Positions 1-13,238 of a DNA stretch of 64,000 nt are shown piece after piece (within the stretch, counting starts at the first letter, position 1; every line of letters begins with the position of its first letter). The position numbers were made by a program, and so were the translations under genes. The notes under the pieces are model-generated. The model saw only the letters and a program-made list of their open reading frames with translations, did no database searches and had not been told where the DNA came from. The stretch is from the human T2T-CHM13v2.0 reference genome, Homo sapiens, in assembly GCF_009914755.1 (NCBI RefSeq), contig NC_060926.1. One strand, given 5' to 3'.

Positions 1-199
1 TGTGCATTTGTATTATGTATTTTTTATGCTTAAAACACATTTTAAGAAAAACCGAAGATTTTATTTTTTCTTTTTAACAGCTGAATCCAAGAATCCTAGG
101 ACACTCTTAATTTGTCCCAGAAGTGTGAAGTCCACCTAGGGCATAGCCGTGAAGGGCTCCCAGAACTGTACGGGGAATTTTGAGGCTGGGGTACCGCAG

Positions 200-700
200 T
201 GAAGTGCAGCTCACCCGGGCGGAGCGCACCTGACCTGGCTTCCACACCTGGTGGAGCGCCTGGGAGGCCTCGCGGATAAAGCCCCGGGCAGCGCGTGACC
301 CGCCCCAGCCCAGTAGTGGAGTCCCCGCCGCGGGCCCCTTGCTTGCAGGGTAGGTGTGGCCCGGTCGTCCCACTCTCCGCCCCCTCCTGCTCCTCCTCGC
401 CGTGCCCAACCCGCCCGCTTCTCCTGCCTAGGCTCTTCTTTCTGCTCCTGTCGCCATGGCCCCGGCCTCGGCGCTCAAGCGACCCTCTCGCTCCGCCCAG
501 GTCAGTGAAGGATGGGATGCAAGTGCCCGCCAAGCCCCCCGTTTCCCACGTGGAGTTCCCACAGGGCAGCAGGGAGGGGCCGCGCCTTCTCTAACTGACC
601 CGAACCGACCCGGGCTTCACAGGCTTCGTGGAGAGCAGCTGCCCCGCCGGCATCTTCCGGATGAGGCTCTCTAGACAACAAAGCCTTCTACGCGGAAGTT
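200..700 (+). promoter_or_regulatory. CpG-rich promoter region at the 5' end of the ZP pseudogene / overlapping lncRNA
   Basis: High GC and CpG density; GGGCGG 217-222, CACCTG E-boxes 227-232 and 245-250, GATAAA 275-280. Confidence 0.55.
432..500 (+). pseudogene. ZP pseudogene putative signal-peptide exon
   Basis: ctcctgcctag|..|gtcagt; LFFLLL then VAMAPASALK after a frame change. Confidence 0.45.
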
Positions 701-704
701 ACTG
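623..704 (+). pseudogene. ZP pseudogene exon (G)FVESSCPAGIFRMRL / LDNKAFYAEVT
   Basis: ttcacag|..|gtgaca; internal frameshift. Confidence 0.6.
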
Positions 705-1043
705 GTGACAGGGGAAGGACTCATGGGTTTTTGCAGCCCGGTGTCCCCAAAACAACCTCCTGACCCCCAGCCCACCCAGGTTCCCTGCTAGCCCGCCCAA
801 CCCAGAAAGACTGGCCTGCCTGGGGTCCAGCAAGGATACAGAATCGCGCAGCTGCCCCCCACAGCCTGCCGCCCAGCATCGGTTCTCCCACCCATCTGCC
901 TGTCCCCACCCGCTATGAGACGCCCTGGGTCTGCTTCCCTGGGACCAGCCCTCAGCGTTGCCTTAAGTGATTCTGGTGCCAGGGACTCTGAGGACCCCCA
1001 GGCTCCTCCAGGCTGGCAGGTGACCATACTCCTTCCACTGCAG

Positions 1044-1161
1044 ACCCCTGGATGCCCAGCTGCCGCACCTCCCGTGGCCCCACGCTGTGGCTACGTGTTG
1101 TCTGAAGACGCCTGGGGAAACCTTCAGGGCCTCTGTACTGGCCTGTCATGTGGTCAACCAG
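1044..1161 (+). pseudogene. ZP pseudogene exon APRCGYVLSEDAWGN / FRASVLACHVVNQ
   Basis: ccactgcag|..|gtgagc; ZPAX-type 'QCGY..WGN..FRAS..SCH' motif; frameshifted. Confidence 0.8.
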
Positions 1162-1949
1162 GTGAGCAAGCTTCTGAGATGCCCTTGTTCAATTGCCCAG
1201 GAAACAGGTGTCCAAGATTCATATGGAAGAAATCTGGCCCTGCCCTCAGCACTGAGGACATTTGGGGAATCCAGCATCCCCTCCTGGATGCAGATCGCTT
1301 CCGCCTGGCACAGGCTGTCTTCACAGCTGCAGAGTCCTCTTGTGTCTAAGAACAGAGACCACAGTTCCATCTTTGCCTTGCCAGGATTGACCTCTAATGA
1401 ATAGATCACCTTTGTAAGGTGGACCAAAAAAAAAAAAAAAAAGAGCATTTCCAGGTGGCTGTAACTGACAGCTGGGAACTGCCAGAGTGTGGCAGGAGGC
1501 CCAAAGCTGTAGGAGTTTAGAGGAAGCCGCATGCAGGCACCTTGCGCTCAGATGAGGCATGGGGTAGAACTGCAGATGAGAGCAATCAGAAGGAGACTCG
1601 TGGGATAGCAGGGTTTAACCTGGCTACGATGTCAGCAAGGTGGACGGGGAGACTGGGGCCCCAGCTATGCCTGGATTTAGGGGTTCAAAGGTATAGGGAG
1701 CTAGCAGGAGCACTTCAACAGAACAGAGGTGAGATTAGTGTCAGATCACTAAATCCTAAGTCTCTTCTGTGCATCTCTACCTGCTCTATTTCATCATGCT
1801 CCCTTCCCTGCACACCTCCAGCCGTCTGTCTACTAACAAGAGACCCGTACCTCAGTCCCACTGAGCCAGGTGGGACTGGGCCAAACCTCCCTATTTGATT
1901 CTTGCCTCATCTTCCCTGGGACTTCGGTGCTTTCTTGCCCTTCTTCCAG

Positions 1950-2094
1950 GATAATAGATGGTTTTCCCTCAGTGTGAACATCGAGGTGTCTGGGTTCATG
2001 GAAGCTGGTGAAGAAACCACCTACAACTATACCATGTCCTGTCCCTATTTCACATGGGCCTCGAGGAAGATTCTCTGAAGGGAACTACATGGAG
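1950..2094 (+). pseudogene. ZP pseudogene exon [26 protein letters not shown](CE)GNYME
   Basis: ttcttccag|..|gtgagc; 145 nt, consistent with a 2-nt loss that creates TGA at 2076-2078. Confidence 0.85.
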
Positions 2095-2291
2095 GTGAGC
2101 ACAGGTAACCCCAGCCAGAATGCTGGGTCTCCTGGGGCCGAAACTACCTCCTTCGTTCTATGAAGTGAGGCCACACTTGATATTTTCATGGAACCAAGTC
2201 CCTTAGTACTTAAGCCTTATCAGCCATGAAATATAGACCCTTTTCGGGAAACAAGATTTGATTAAGTTGAAAGGAAATCAGAATGTCAGCG

Positions 2292-2912
2292 ATCTCTGCA
2301 CTCCTATGGTCATTGCAGCACTATTCACAATGATATAGAATCCACCTAAGTCCCTCTCAGTCCCTCAGTTGGATGAATGGATAAAATGTGAAATAGATTA
2401 GATACACACACACACACACACACACACACAGGAATACCATTCAGCCACTTTTAAAAAATGAAATCCTGTCCCTTGCAGCAACGTGGATGAACCTGGAGGT
2501 CATTATGTTAAGTGAAACAAGCCGGGCACGGAAAGACAAATACCACGTGACCCCACTCATTTGTGGAATCTGAAAAAGCTGATCTCAGAAGTAGAGACTA
2601 TAGAATAGTGGTTCCAGGTAGCTGGGAAGTGTAGGAGAGATAGGTTAAAAGGTACAAAATTCCAGTTAGGAGGAATAAGTTTTAATGTTCTATTGTACAG
2701 TAGGGTGACTATGGTTAACAATAGTATATTGTATATTTATCATATTTATAATTTATATTGTATATTTATAAGAGGATTTTGAATGCTCTTACCACAAAGA
2801 AATGATAAAGGTTTGAGGTGATGGATACGCATTACCCCGATTGGATCATTACACATTGTAAACATCACACTGTATCCCATAAATATGTACAGTTATTATG
2901 AGTCAATTAAAA
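2292..2912 (+). mobile_element. L1MA-type 3' end fragment with (CA)n at ~2404-2430
   Basis: ttgcagcactattcacaat..tggatgaacctggag..tgaggtgatggata..aattaaaaata. Confidence 0.85.
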
Positions 2913-3321
2913 ATACAACTTCAAATCTTGATTTAGGTTGGCAGGTAAGGAACAGAGGCCTAAAGGTAGGTGGGCTGTACACAGTCATCATCCAACCACG
3001 TGGCTCATTGCTGTTGCCTTGGGCTCAGAAGTAGCATCAAAGCTGGTGCCCCAACCAGGCCCTCGGCCCTTAGGATATCTCATGAGAACCTAGGTCCCAA
3101 CAAGAAAGGCCATTCCTATGAATGACGTGACCCTTAGGCTGCATCCCTGCTCCAGGAGATGTAACTGGACCTGTGTGGGTATCTGCTGGGTCAGGTCCTG
3201 GGAATCTGCATTTACAGCCATGTGGTGTAGGGATCCCAAAGGAGAGGCTAAGACACTTGTAACTGGAGGAGGGGAGGGGAGTCAGGAGACAGAGCTGCAT
3301 GAAGAGCTTGCTTGTTGGCAG

Positions 3322-3409
3322 GTGTCTGTGAGGATCAAAGTGCCCATGGTTTCTGAAGCCCAGGACCCTGAGCAATGGATGTCAGCATTGGCTGGATGCA
3401 CTCCCCATG
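3322..3409 (+). pseudogene. ZP pseudogene exon VSVRIKVPMVSEAQDPEQWMSAL
   Basis: ttggcag|..|gtagga; continues NYME|VSV. Confidence 0.75.
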
Positions 3410-3981
3410 GTAGGACTGAGGACTGACCAAGCAATCCCTGGCCAGCCCACATGGACCTGCCTACCACTCTCCCATACAGTGTGCAGGTAGCCTGCAAGCA
3501 ACATCACAGCCTTCAAATTCCCTGCAGCCTATTGAGATCCTAGAGACAGGAGCCCCACCTGTCTCATCTTGCCTACCTGGGGAGGTACCCCTGTCTTTGC
3601 CAGTCTTGCCTCCAACTGGGAGCCTCTTCTGCCGGTCCTCTCTGCTGAGCCCTGCTCACACCGAGCCAGGTGGTGGAGGGACAGTGAGGGTTGCTGAGTG
3701 AAGCTATGTAACTTGTACAGCCTGCACAACTCCAAGCAGTAGCCCTGTGTCTAGTATTTTTTGGGGGGAGATTCTGGTCAGCCTTGATTTTTGGGCCTTT
3801 TTAGTGTTCTATCTTGCCAACTTAGTAAAAGATCTGGTTGTCTTGCATTTGAGAGGAGATGAGAGAAGCAAGTACCTCTTTTTTGTAAGAACAAGTAAGT
3901 GAACAAGTGCCTCTTTCCTGCCTTGCATTCAACTCCTTAGATCTCCTTGATTGCACGGTCAACCCCGCTCCTGTCTGTCAG

Positions 3982-4144
3982 GCTCAGGAACCACTTACAA
4001 GCTATGGCAGGTGATGTTCCAGCATCCCACAGGGAGGATTATGCTGGTGAGCCACATGGCCAAGCAGGACTATGGCTTCAACAGCTCTGGGGCCTGCATG
4101 TTCCTGCATTAGCCCTACTCCAGCAATGAGGCTGAAGTTACCAG
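3982..4144 (+). pseudogene. ZP pseudogene exon TYKLWQVMFQHPTGRIMLVSHMAKQDYGFNSS..FLH*PYSSNEAEVT
   Basis: ctgtcag|..|gtgagt; TAG at 4110-4112. Confidence 0.8.
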
Positions 4145-4247
4145 GTGAGTTTCATCTACCCCACTCTAATCCTTGGGAGAGCGAGAGTGGGGACAGATCA
4201 GGAGGATGCTCTTTAACTGACATCTGTGAGCTCTGAGCACAGAGTAC

Positions 4248-4270
4248 TATTAGGTTGATGCAAAAGTAAT
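4248..4270 (+). mobile_element. Truncated MADE1/Hsmar1 terminal inverted repeat fragment
   Basis: TATTAGGTTGATGCAAAAGTAAT matches the mariner TIR start; no partner TIR seen. Confidence 0.55.
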
Positions 4271-4679
4271 CTCAGCTTGGTCAAATAGCTTAAGTCTGCT
4301 TTTATCTTTATGAGCAATTCTAATCAAAACTGGTCATGTTCCAGGGAGCAAATAGATTAATGTGGGAGCAAATAGATGAATGTTTTCAGGATTTAGGCAT
4401 CTGGTCTTACTTATAGGAAGTTTATTTCATCTCAAACAACTCCTGTATCATCTTCTCTAGGTTTTAATATAACTCAATACCTGCCTCTCTCTAAAGAGTG
4501 CCCCTGGGTAGGACTGAGGTGTGATCTCATGGGGTGGTATAACATCACAGCTGTAACTCCAGCTAGAAGTTTGTCTCAATCCCGATTGGCTGGCCAGCTA
4601 TGGTTTTCTAGGGAAGGCAGTTGGCGAAGTGCCTCATCCACAGCACACCTCTCATCTGCTGCCTCTTTGTTTCTCATAG

Positions 4680-4820
4680 AGTGACATCATGGTATCTGGT
4701 GCAAGCTATAGCATCCACCTATTCTTGGAGCACACGTGGTCAGACACTGATTGGCATGTGACCAAGTTGATGGTGGTCAAAACAGAACTCCTTTCATGCC
4801 CACAAGCTTCAGTATTACTA
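4680..4820 (+). pseudogene. ZP pseudogene exon [34 protein letters not shown] / TPFMP
   Basis: ttctcatag acceptor; donor degenerate, so the 3' end is approximate. Confidence 0.75.
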
Positions 4821-5215
4821 TGTTCCCTGCCACTTCCGTTGAAGTTTTGCAGGATTGGGATGATCCTTTGGTGTGAACGAAGCCCCAAAGAGGACCACGT
4901 GGAGAGTGCCTGGTAGGTCTTAGTGTGTACAGCAGGAATACTGACTTGGCATAAGGGCTCAAGTTTTAGCAAGTACAGCCCATCCCATCTGGGCCAGCTT
5001 CTACCTTTAGGCCTCAATATGCCCATAGACTGATTCAGTTTGAGTTCTGATCACTTGTAGCCTGTAACTAAGGGCTAGGTAAGTGCATTCAGAGTTCTGT
5101 CAAAAGTGTGATCTTGATATTTAGAAGTAAAAGCTTCAGAACATCAACTTTCTAGCCTATCATCCAATTAATGCTTAAAAACATGATATAGACCTTCCTT
5201 TAGAACTATCATTCA

Positions 5216-5520
<305 letters not shown>

Positions 5521-6110
5521 CTATTATTCAGACTCTAATGTGATTGAATAACTTTCGGTCCTGAGGAGAGACAACAGTAGTAAGGATTCTTTTGACCTCC
5601 ATGAGCCTATAATCTACACAAAGAAGATTGTGGTTAGCCCTCACATGCGAGCTTATTTTTTTGTGTTCAGCCGCTACTTAAGCCAACATACAAAGGGACA
5701 AAGCTGGATAAATTGCACTCTTACCTGGGATGGTGAGGCTAGTATGTTAGTGGTTATTTGCATAAGGAATGGCTGGCAATTTTTGACTGATGCTGCTGGG
5801 TTGCCCTCGGGTTTATGAATGGGCTTATGTTCTCAAAATGGCCCTCGCTGATCACATCCTTCCTGTGGTTCCTCACTCGGCCTTGTTCCTGAGTTACTGG
5901 CTAAAGAAGGATTGACTCTAAGAGACAAGAGCATCTTTGGGGGGAAAGGGGAGAAGATTATCAAAGGACACAGACACCCCTAGTCCTTTCTAGTCCCCTC
6001 ACAGGAAAGAGAAAACAGGATGCTCTTAGCTCTGAGGACTTAATTAAGGGAGACTGGGAGAGTCTGTTGCCGGTAAACCACAGGCTGTAATAGATGAGAA
6101 CTTCCAACAG

Positions 6111-6318
6111 ACACGGTCCCTGGGACAAGACTCTTCAACATCACCTTTGGAGCTGTCTTCCCTGGTGACCAGTTGGTGGCAATGGGGATCAGAACTGTGC
6201 CCTATCCTATTTCAGAAGTGGATGAACCTGGGTATAAGGTTTGGGAAATTTCCCTCCCAGATGGAACACAAAGGTTTGTGCTTGAAGTGTCCTTGATGAC
6301 ACAGAAGTGATTAAAGAG
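6111..6318 (+). pseudogene. ZP pseudogene exon [39 protein letters not shown] / DDTEVIKE
   Basis: ccaacag|..|gtcagc; 208 nt, with a 1-nt loss near 6293. Confidence 0.85.
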
Positions 6319-6754
6319 GTCAGCCAGTGCTCATGTCCAGGTAAGAAGCTGTCAGTTTGGACAGATCCTCTGCCCAGCAGATAGCTTACCAGATAGTGTT
6401 ACCTGCTGGGCAGGTAACATACTTCATAGGCAGAGCTCTCACCCACCCCACCCTCACAGGTCATTAAATTACATGAGCACGTCTTGTCTAATCTAGCTTG
6501 GCAGGCTGGAGCAGTTTGAAACACTGTAATGGAGAGACCAGTAGCCACTCGAGTACGTGACAGAGTGGACATCCTCATTGGATTGAGGTCTCAAGCCCCC
6601 CATCAGGTGGTGGGCACACAAGGACAGGGCCTACTCTGCTATGCTGTCCAGCCTGAGCAGATGCTGTAAGGGGGCAGGAGGCTGTCCTAGGGTCACTACC
6701 CAGAAGTGGCTTCGTAAATTCAGGCAGCCTTTTGCTCAGCATGGCTCTAAGCTA

Positions 6755-7335
6755 TGGTCAACCTGAAATAATTGAAAGGATCAGAATCCAGTTTTAAAGA
6801 GTTTATTCAAGCAAAAAGCTGGGAATGACCATACAGGAAACAGACTTCAGAGAAATGGAATAAGTGCTCCGAAGTTAAAAGTTAAGGTCTTGCTTATATA
6901 GGCAGAAAATAAAGAAATTCAGTAGGATTTTATCATTTTCTATACAAGGCTGTTTTATGAGTTACAATTTAGTTTGTTTTCTTTTCCATAAAGTTTGTTT
7001 TCTTTACAGCTTGTTTTCATTTCCTTTCCAATTTAAGAGTAGTTAACATTCCATCTTAGACAATCCCATAGCCATGAAGACTTTGTGTGGAAGAGGAAAG
7101 AGGGAAGTTAATCTATACTGAATATCAACAGTTAAGAGGGAAGGGGTCTTCCCTGGCACCCTTTAGTCATTTACAACATTTTACAAAACATGTAGGTAAG
7201 AAAAATGACCAATCTGTAATCAGAAACAAAGGTTACAGCTGCATGTTTATGTGACTCAGGTCCTATAATCACATTCCCTTAAGGCTCAAAATGTTTTGAG
7301 GTTCTAACAGCTTAGATTTTGAATTACTTTACTCT
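6755..7335 (-). mobile_element. ERV1-class solo LTR (MER57/MER51-like; subfamily uncertain)
   Basis: tcaacctgaaataa..aaagagtttattcaagc..ttccttaaggctcaa pattern. Confidence 0.6.
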
Positions 7336-7373
7336 ATCCATCACTTGCAGACTGTTCCTGTGATGTCTTCTAG

Positions 7374-7491
7374 TACATGAACAGGAATGAAACCCACTAT
7401 GTCCTCCATGTGAACTACATGCTGAGCGTGGGTCCAGATGGGAAACCATTCTCCTACCCTGCAGAAATGGTATATAGTTTCAAGGATGTGG
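7374..7491 (+). pseudogene. ZP pseudogene exon [39 protein letters not shown] (open)
   Basis: gtcttctag|..|gtaagt; 118 nt, no stop. Confidence 0.8.
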
Positions 7492-8647
7492 GTAAGTACA
7501 CCAAGTGAGGTGCTGGTCCTGGACTCATGGATGGTCTTGGTACCCAACAAGTTACACTGGCTCTGTCCAAACAACAGCTGTGGAAGCCCCTCCCATGGGA
7601 GGGGGGTCCCACTGGGGCTACACAGAAGTAACTCCTCACAAGTGGCTTGTCTGCATCCTGGGATTGGAAACCCAGTATAGAAGCAGCTGTTGGCAGACTC
7701 ATGAAGTAATACAGAGAATGGGTGGCTGCTCATACAATCAGCAGTAAGACTTCACTTAAATCATGCCAGGAATGACATGAACAGGACTCTAAGTACCCCA
7801 TACAGTCTTCCCTCCCAGGTGCCACCACCCCTGAAATATTAACCTTGGTAGACTTCTCCTGTCAAGGTCACAGTAAGGGTAGCCAGTGGTATCAAGACCT
7901 TGGTATAAATCAGACATGGCCTTCTTCCCAGCAAGGTCATTAGGTACCCAATGTAGAGATAGCAGGGAAAGGATATAAAAACAGGAAAGTTCCAGGTGAG
8001 TCATCTTTTGCCCCTTGACTAGGCCTGCCTATAGGTTTGACAGCTCCAGGAAGTAAGAAAACAGGTATATTGTCTTCCTTCCTATAGCTCTGCTAGGTGT
8101 CATCCTCTTAAGGTCACTAGGATTCTAGTGTTGAAGGCTTGCTGCCACACAGATGGCACTGTTCTATCCTCAAAGCATTTTCAGGGTGCCATCTAATGGG
8201 TCTGAATCCTGGTTCCATTGCAAACTTTAAGCAAGGAACTTAGCATTATCCAATCCCCATTTTCTCCAACTACTGGCCCCCTCTAAGGAGGCTGAAGAGT
8301 GAAAGCATGTTGAACACCAAGATGCTCTCCAAAGATGGAGTCCTTCTCTTCTGAGCCCCACAGCTCTGCAAGATGGGTAAAACTCAAGGTGGCATTAGGC
8401 TCTGAGAGGAGCTCCATCACACAGCTGGCATAGTATGGAGCTGGACCAGAGCCCAAATCCCCTATCTCCCCACTGTCCTAACCAAAAGCTTACACTTCAG
8501 AACCCAAGGCCGTGAACACAGACCTCACACAGCTGTAACCTGAGAAACTGCCATTGCTGATCTAGTGCCAGAACCGCTTCCCCATCCCTGGCTTTCCTGC
8601 TGACTTCCCACGAGATAAGACTTTTCTTTAAAAAGGGGGCCTTCTCA

Positions 8648-9550
<903 letters not shown>

Positions 9551-9632
9551 AGGCATCTCACTTAAGGGCCTTCACACTAGGGCTCCAGTGGAAAAGTAAA
9601 AGGGCCAAAGGGGAGTGATGAGAAATGGATGC

Positions 9633-10741
9633 TTGGGAGAGAATAGGCCTCCAACAAGATTCTTCAGTCTTGGTATGCCAAGGCTGGACAATAAGGAGAA
9701 TCGGACCCCAACCTGAGTCCCATTTACCCATTGTGTACTTTTCACAGAAATTCCCTAGGCCATTGGCACCTGTGACAGTGAGAACCTATACTTGGCCATC
9801 CCAGTAACTGACCCGCTCTCCTGTTGGGAGCTCTACATGGGACACTGGCACCTGAGCCGTAGGCCAGGACCCCTTGACATAGTCCTCATGACAGATAACT
9901 CCACCCATCTGCTGTTGGCAGTGCAACTCTTTTCTCCAGGGGCGCTGTATGAGGGGGTCCCCCGAGGGCTTAAGCTGGTTGACGGGCTAAGGAGGGTGGA
10001 GAGAAGTTGTGCAGCCACTGTCCTGGGCCATCAGTCACAGCGGTGTGTCACTTCAGACACAAGGAAGTGCCTGGATGGTCTTGGTGCCCAACAAGTTGCA
10101 TTGGCTCTGTCCAAACAGCGGCTGTGGAAGCCCCTCCCAGGCCAGGGGTGCGGGCTTGAGCAATCCCTGTCCAGTGTTCTCGGGGAGCAGAATGTATGGT
10201 ATCTAATACAGTCTACAACAGCATTTGTGAGGAATGGCCTGTGTTTGGGTGCATGTCATGCCATTAAAATCCCTAGAACTAGAAAGAAGTGGCTTCCAGA
10301 TCCCAGGCCCCCTGGGCGACTCTCAGCATCCTGGGCCCCACAGACCTCAGCTGCCAGATCTGCCCCAATGGCCAGGACTGCGTGGCATCTGTTTCTGATG
10401 AAACTGAACCCAGCTGTGGGGTGGGTCCCAGGATCTCTCCCTCCAGAGGATTTGCGCCCAGCTTGAGGTGGCCCCAAAGAAAACTGACATGCTAGAGACT
10501 CCAGAAACCTTCTCCATGGATTTACCCCATTGGGAGAGAAAAGGCCTCCAACAAGACTCTTCAGTCTTGCTATGTCAAGGCTGGACAATAAGGAGAATCG
10601 GACCCCAACCTGAGTCCCATTTACCCATCCTGTACTTTTCACAGGACTTCCCCAGGCCATTGGCACCTGTTACAGTGAGAACCTATACTTGGCCACCCCA
10701 GTAACTGACCTGCTCTCCTGTTGGAGCTCTACATGGGACAC
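9633..10741 (+). repeat. Direct repeat, ~212 bp (9633-9845 vs 10530-10741)
   Basis: Hand alignment gives ~12 substitutions and 1 indel. Confidence 0.95.
9748..9953 (+). pseudogene. ZP pseudogene exon [37 protein letters not shown]
   Basis: ttttcacag acceptor; TAG at 9756-9758; donor reads GG instead of GT; overlaps ORF 9792..10466. Confidence 0.8.
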
Positions 10742-10778
10742 CAGCTCCCATGCATTTATCCCTCTTCAGACCTCACTG
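10432..10778 (+). pseudogene. ZP pseudogene exon split by a duplication: [29 protein letters not shown] (10432-~10520) + CIYPSSDLT (10751-10778)
   Basis: cccag acceptor; G|gtgaga donor in phase with the next exon (V|CFPSG). Confidence 0.7.
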
Positions 10779-11566
10779 GTGAGAAGCTGGGCTTCTGGGT
10801 CCCCATGCTGCTTCATCCCACCTCCCAACCCTGTCTTCAGGCCCACTGCTGATCCCAGTCTAGAACCACAGCACCGCCCCCATCCTGCATGAAGAAGGCC
10901 TTGTGCATCTGCCTTGGTGAGATCTTTCCAGGCTGACTGGTCTGTACTCCCTGGGGAGATGATCGAGACCAGCTCACACTGCTGTGTGTCACATCCATAT
11001 CTTCTATGGGAAAACTAACCCCCCTCGCCTCCTATGTGAAGTCTCAGGCTTCACAGCCCATTTCAAATGCTGTTTCTCCTATAACCACATAGCCTGCCAA
11101 CCACTGGATCTCCTTTCTGGTTCCTCCCTCTCCCCCAACTTTTTCCTTTTGAACTCTCATAATCAGAGCCATAACCATTTTCTGCCTTGCACTAGTTACT
11201 TGTCCTTGACTGTCTTTATTTTCCCTTCTGAGCTGACTTTCTTGAAGGCAGGGCCCCCAACCTGATCACCATGCCTCAGATAGTATCCAGGTTTTGCCTT
11301 CAGCCCCTCAAATAATACAAATAAAAATGAACAAATTCCAATATTTATCCACAACCTACTTGATGGCCTAAAAATGCATTTTAAATGGGTGTGTCTGAGG
11401 TAACTTGTGAAAAGCCCTGGGGTCAGGAGCCAAGTCCTACCTCAAGGAGCAGCATAAAGGCTTAGCCCAGCCTCGTCCAAGGACTGCCAGGTAAAATAGA
11501 GAACAGACTTTGATCAAAATATGGTTGGAAACAGGATGGTTGTGAGAACTATGGTTGTGTTCCTAG

Positions 11567-11733
11567 TGTGTTTCCCTAGTGGGACTGTGGCCATCTCTTC
11601 CATGATGGCCACAGACCCTTCCATTGACATGTGCAAGGCCACACTGAAGGATTGCACCTGCAAGCCAACAGAGTCTAGCAGCAACCAAACCTTCTTCTGA
11701 CTTGACGTCACCAGCCGTGGTACCTCAGTGAGG
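11567..11733 (+). pseudogene. ZP-N exon [54 protein letters not shown]
   Basis: gttcctag|..|gtgagt; ZP-N pattern C..G..L.D..CKP..F.....CGT, with the last Cys changed to Arg; TGA at 11698-11700. Confidence 0.85.
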
Positions 11734-11807
11734 GTGAGTAAGGCAAAAGGGCCACCTGCTCCTGCCAGGCCTTAGCATACCATCTAAGCTTTTTCTTCTC
11801 AGTCCTG

Positions 11808-12167
11808 TGGTATTGTTCCATTTTCACACTGCTGATAAAGACATACCTGAGACTGGGCAATTTACAAAAGAAAAAGGGTTAATGGACTGACAGTTCCACA
11901 TGGCTGGGGAGGCCTCATGATCATGTCAGAAGGTGAAAGGCATGTCTCACATGGCAGCAGATGAGAAGAGAAGACTTGTGCAGGGAAACTCCCCTTTAAA
12001 AAACCATCAGATCTCGTGAGACTTATTCACTATCACAAGAAAAGCACAGGAAAGACCTGCCCCCATGATTCAATTACCTCCCACTGGGTTCCTTCTACAA
12101 CATGTGGGAATTGTGAGAGCTACAATTCAAGATGACATTTGGGTGGAGACACAGCCAAACCGTATCA
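11808..12167 (-). mobile_element. THE1-type MaLR solo LTR
   Basis: ttttcacactgctgataaagacatacc..cagccaaaccgtatca. Confidence 0.9.
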
Positions 12168-12207
12168 CCCATGTCCTCCATATGCTCTAAAATCTTGGGT
12201 TATGTAG

Positions 12208-12307
12208 TTTGAAGGTGACTATATTATATATGAAAAGGGAATCATGTATGAGAAGGAACCCTTGCTATGAAGGGCTGGCCCACAATTACAAGATATCCAG
12301 ACTACAG
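12208..12307 (+). pseudogene. ZP-N exon FEGDYIIYEKGIMYEKE / PTITRYPDYR
   Basis: ttatgtag|..|gtgaga; matches ZP 'YENEI..ITRDP.Y'; frameshift. Confidence 0.8.
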
Positions 12308-12884
12308 GTGAGATGGCCACTGTATGAATGGAAGTCAGCTGTGCCCCTGAGCTTCATCTCACTGTTGTCCCCACCCCTGTCCTCAGGAAATTCCAGCTGA
12401 CTAGGGAAGAGAATGCCAGTGTATAGTTTGCAGCAGGAGGAACTCAAAACATCAGTGACAGTGCCCCAAAATGCTTCAGTTTCCATGTTCTCTTTTTCAT
12501 TTTTTAGGTCCTATTTTACTTCCTTACCTAATACTTATTATATTGGAGGTATGATGTAAATTGGAGTAATACTGACAGACCTTCTTCTTTGATAGACTAA
12601 GCAGTGTTGCTAGAAACAAATCGTTGCATAACTAAATCATGATCCACCATGCACATAGCCCACCAACCAATGGAGAAGACCAGCAGAACAGATAGTAGGC
12701 TATCTCTTCCAGCCTCAAGCCCCAATGCTGTCATTCCTAAGTTGAGACGTTGAAGTCTCTTTGCCTCCCTGGTACAGAGTCTGTTTGCCTTGTCTTGTCC
12801 ATGAACCAGAGTTCCTTCAAGTCCTTTCTTACTCTGCAGTTCTACAAACCAGTGAGCCTGCTCTTGCCTCCATGCTTGTCCTAG

Positions 12885-12950
12885 GCTGATGCTGCTCTGC
12901 TACTACTCAGTTAAAGAAACATTGGCCCAAGAGGACAGGCACAAGGACAG
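12885..12950 (+). pseudogene. ZP-N end exon [13 protein letters not shown]
   Basis: gtcctag acceptor; ZP 'RL...C.Y' motif; donor approximate. Confidence 0.7.
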
Positions 12951-13096
12951 GTGGAAGAAGAAAGCTGTCCTGCCACCAGGAGATGGCATGGTGGTATGGC
13001 AGTCCCAGGTCCGAGGTCAAGGAGTGGCTGGGGAACAGAGGGAGAACTTTGAGTATTTCTGCCTGGGTGCCCTCAGCTTGACATTCTCTCATTCAG

Positions 13097-13151
13097 CAGG
13101 GCCTCAGAGAGAGCAGACAGACACTGGAGATCCAGGCAAGAGTAGCTCAAG
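13097..13151 (+). pseudogene. ZP linker exon [10 protein letters not shown]
   Basis: attcag|..|gtaagg; ZP 'L.V.MRLAKD' pattern, in phase with the next exon. Confidence 0.7.
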
Positions 13152-13238
13152 GTAAGGGTGTTCTGGAGTATACTTTGGGGGACAAAGGGCAGAAGAAGAA
13201 AGTTGTCCATGAGTTCACCAAGCCCTTCCTCTCTTAAG

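Noticed and set aside
96-1349. Several 100-145 aa ORFs in the GC-rich 5' region
   Set aside because: Expected by chance in GC-rich DNA; the meaningful parts are explained by ZP exons
9792-10466. 224-aa ORF as a novel intronless gene
   Set aside because: Only the first ~54 aa are a fossil ZP exon; the rest reads through intron past a mutated donor
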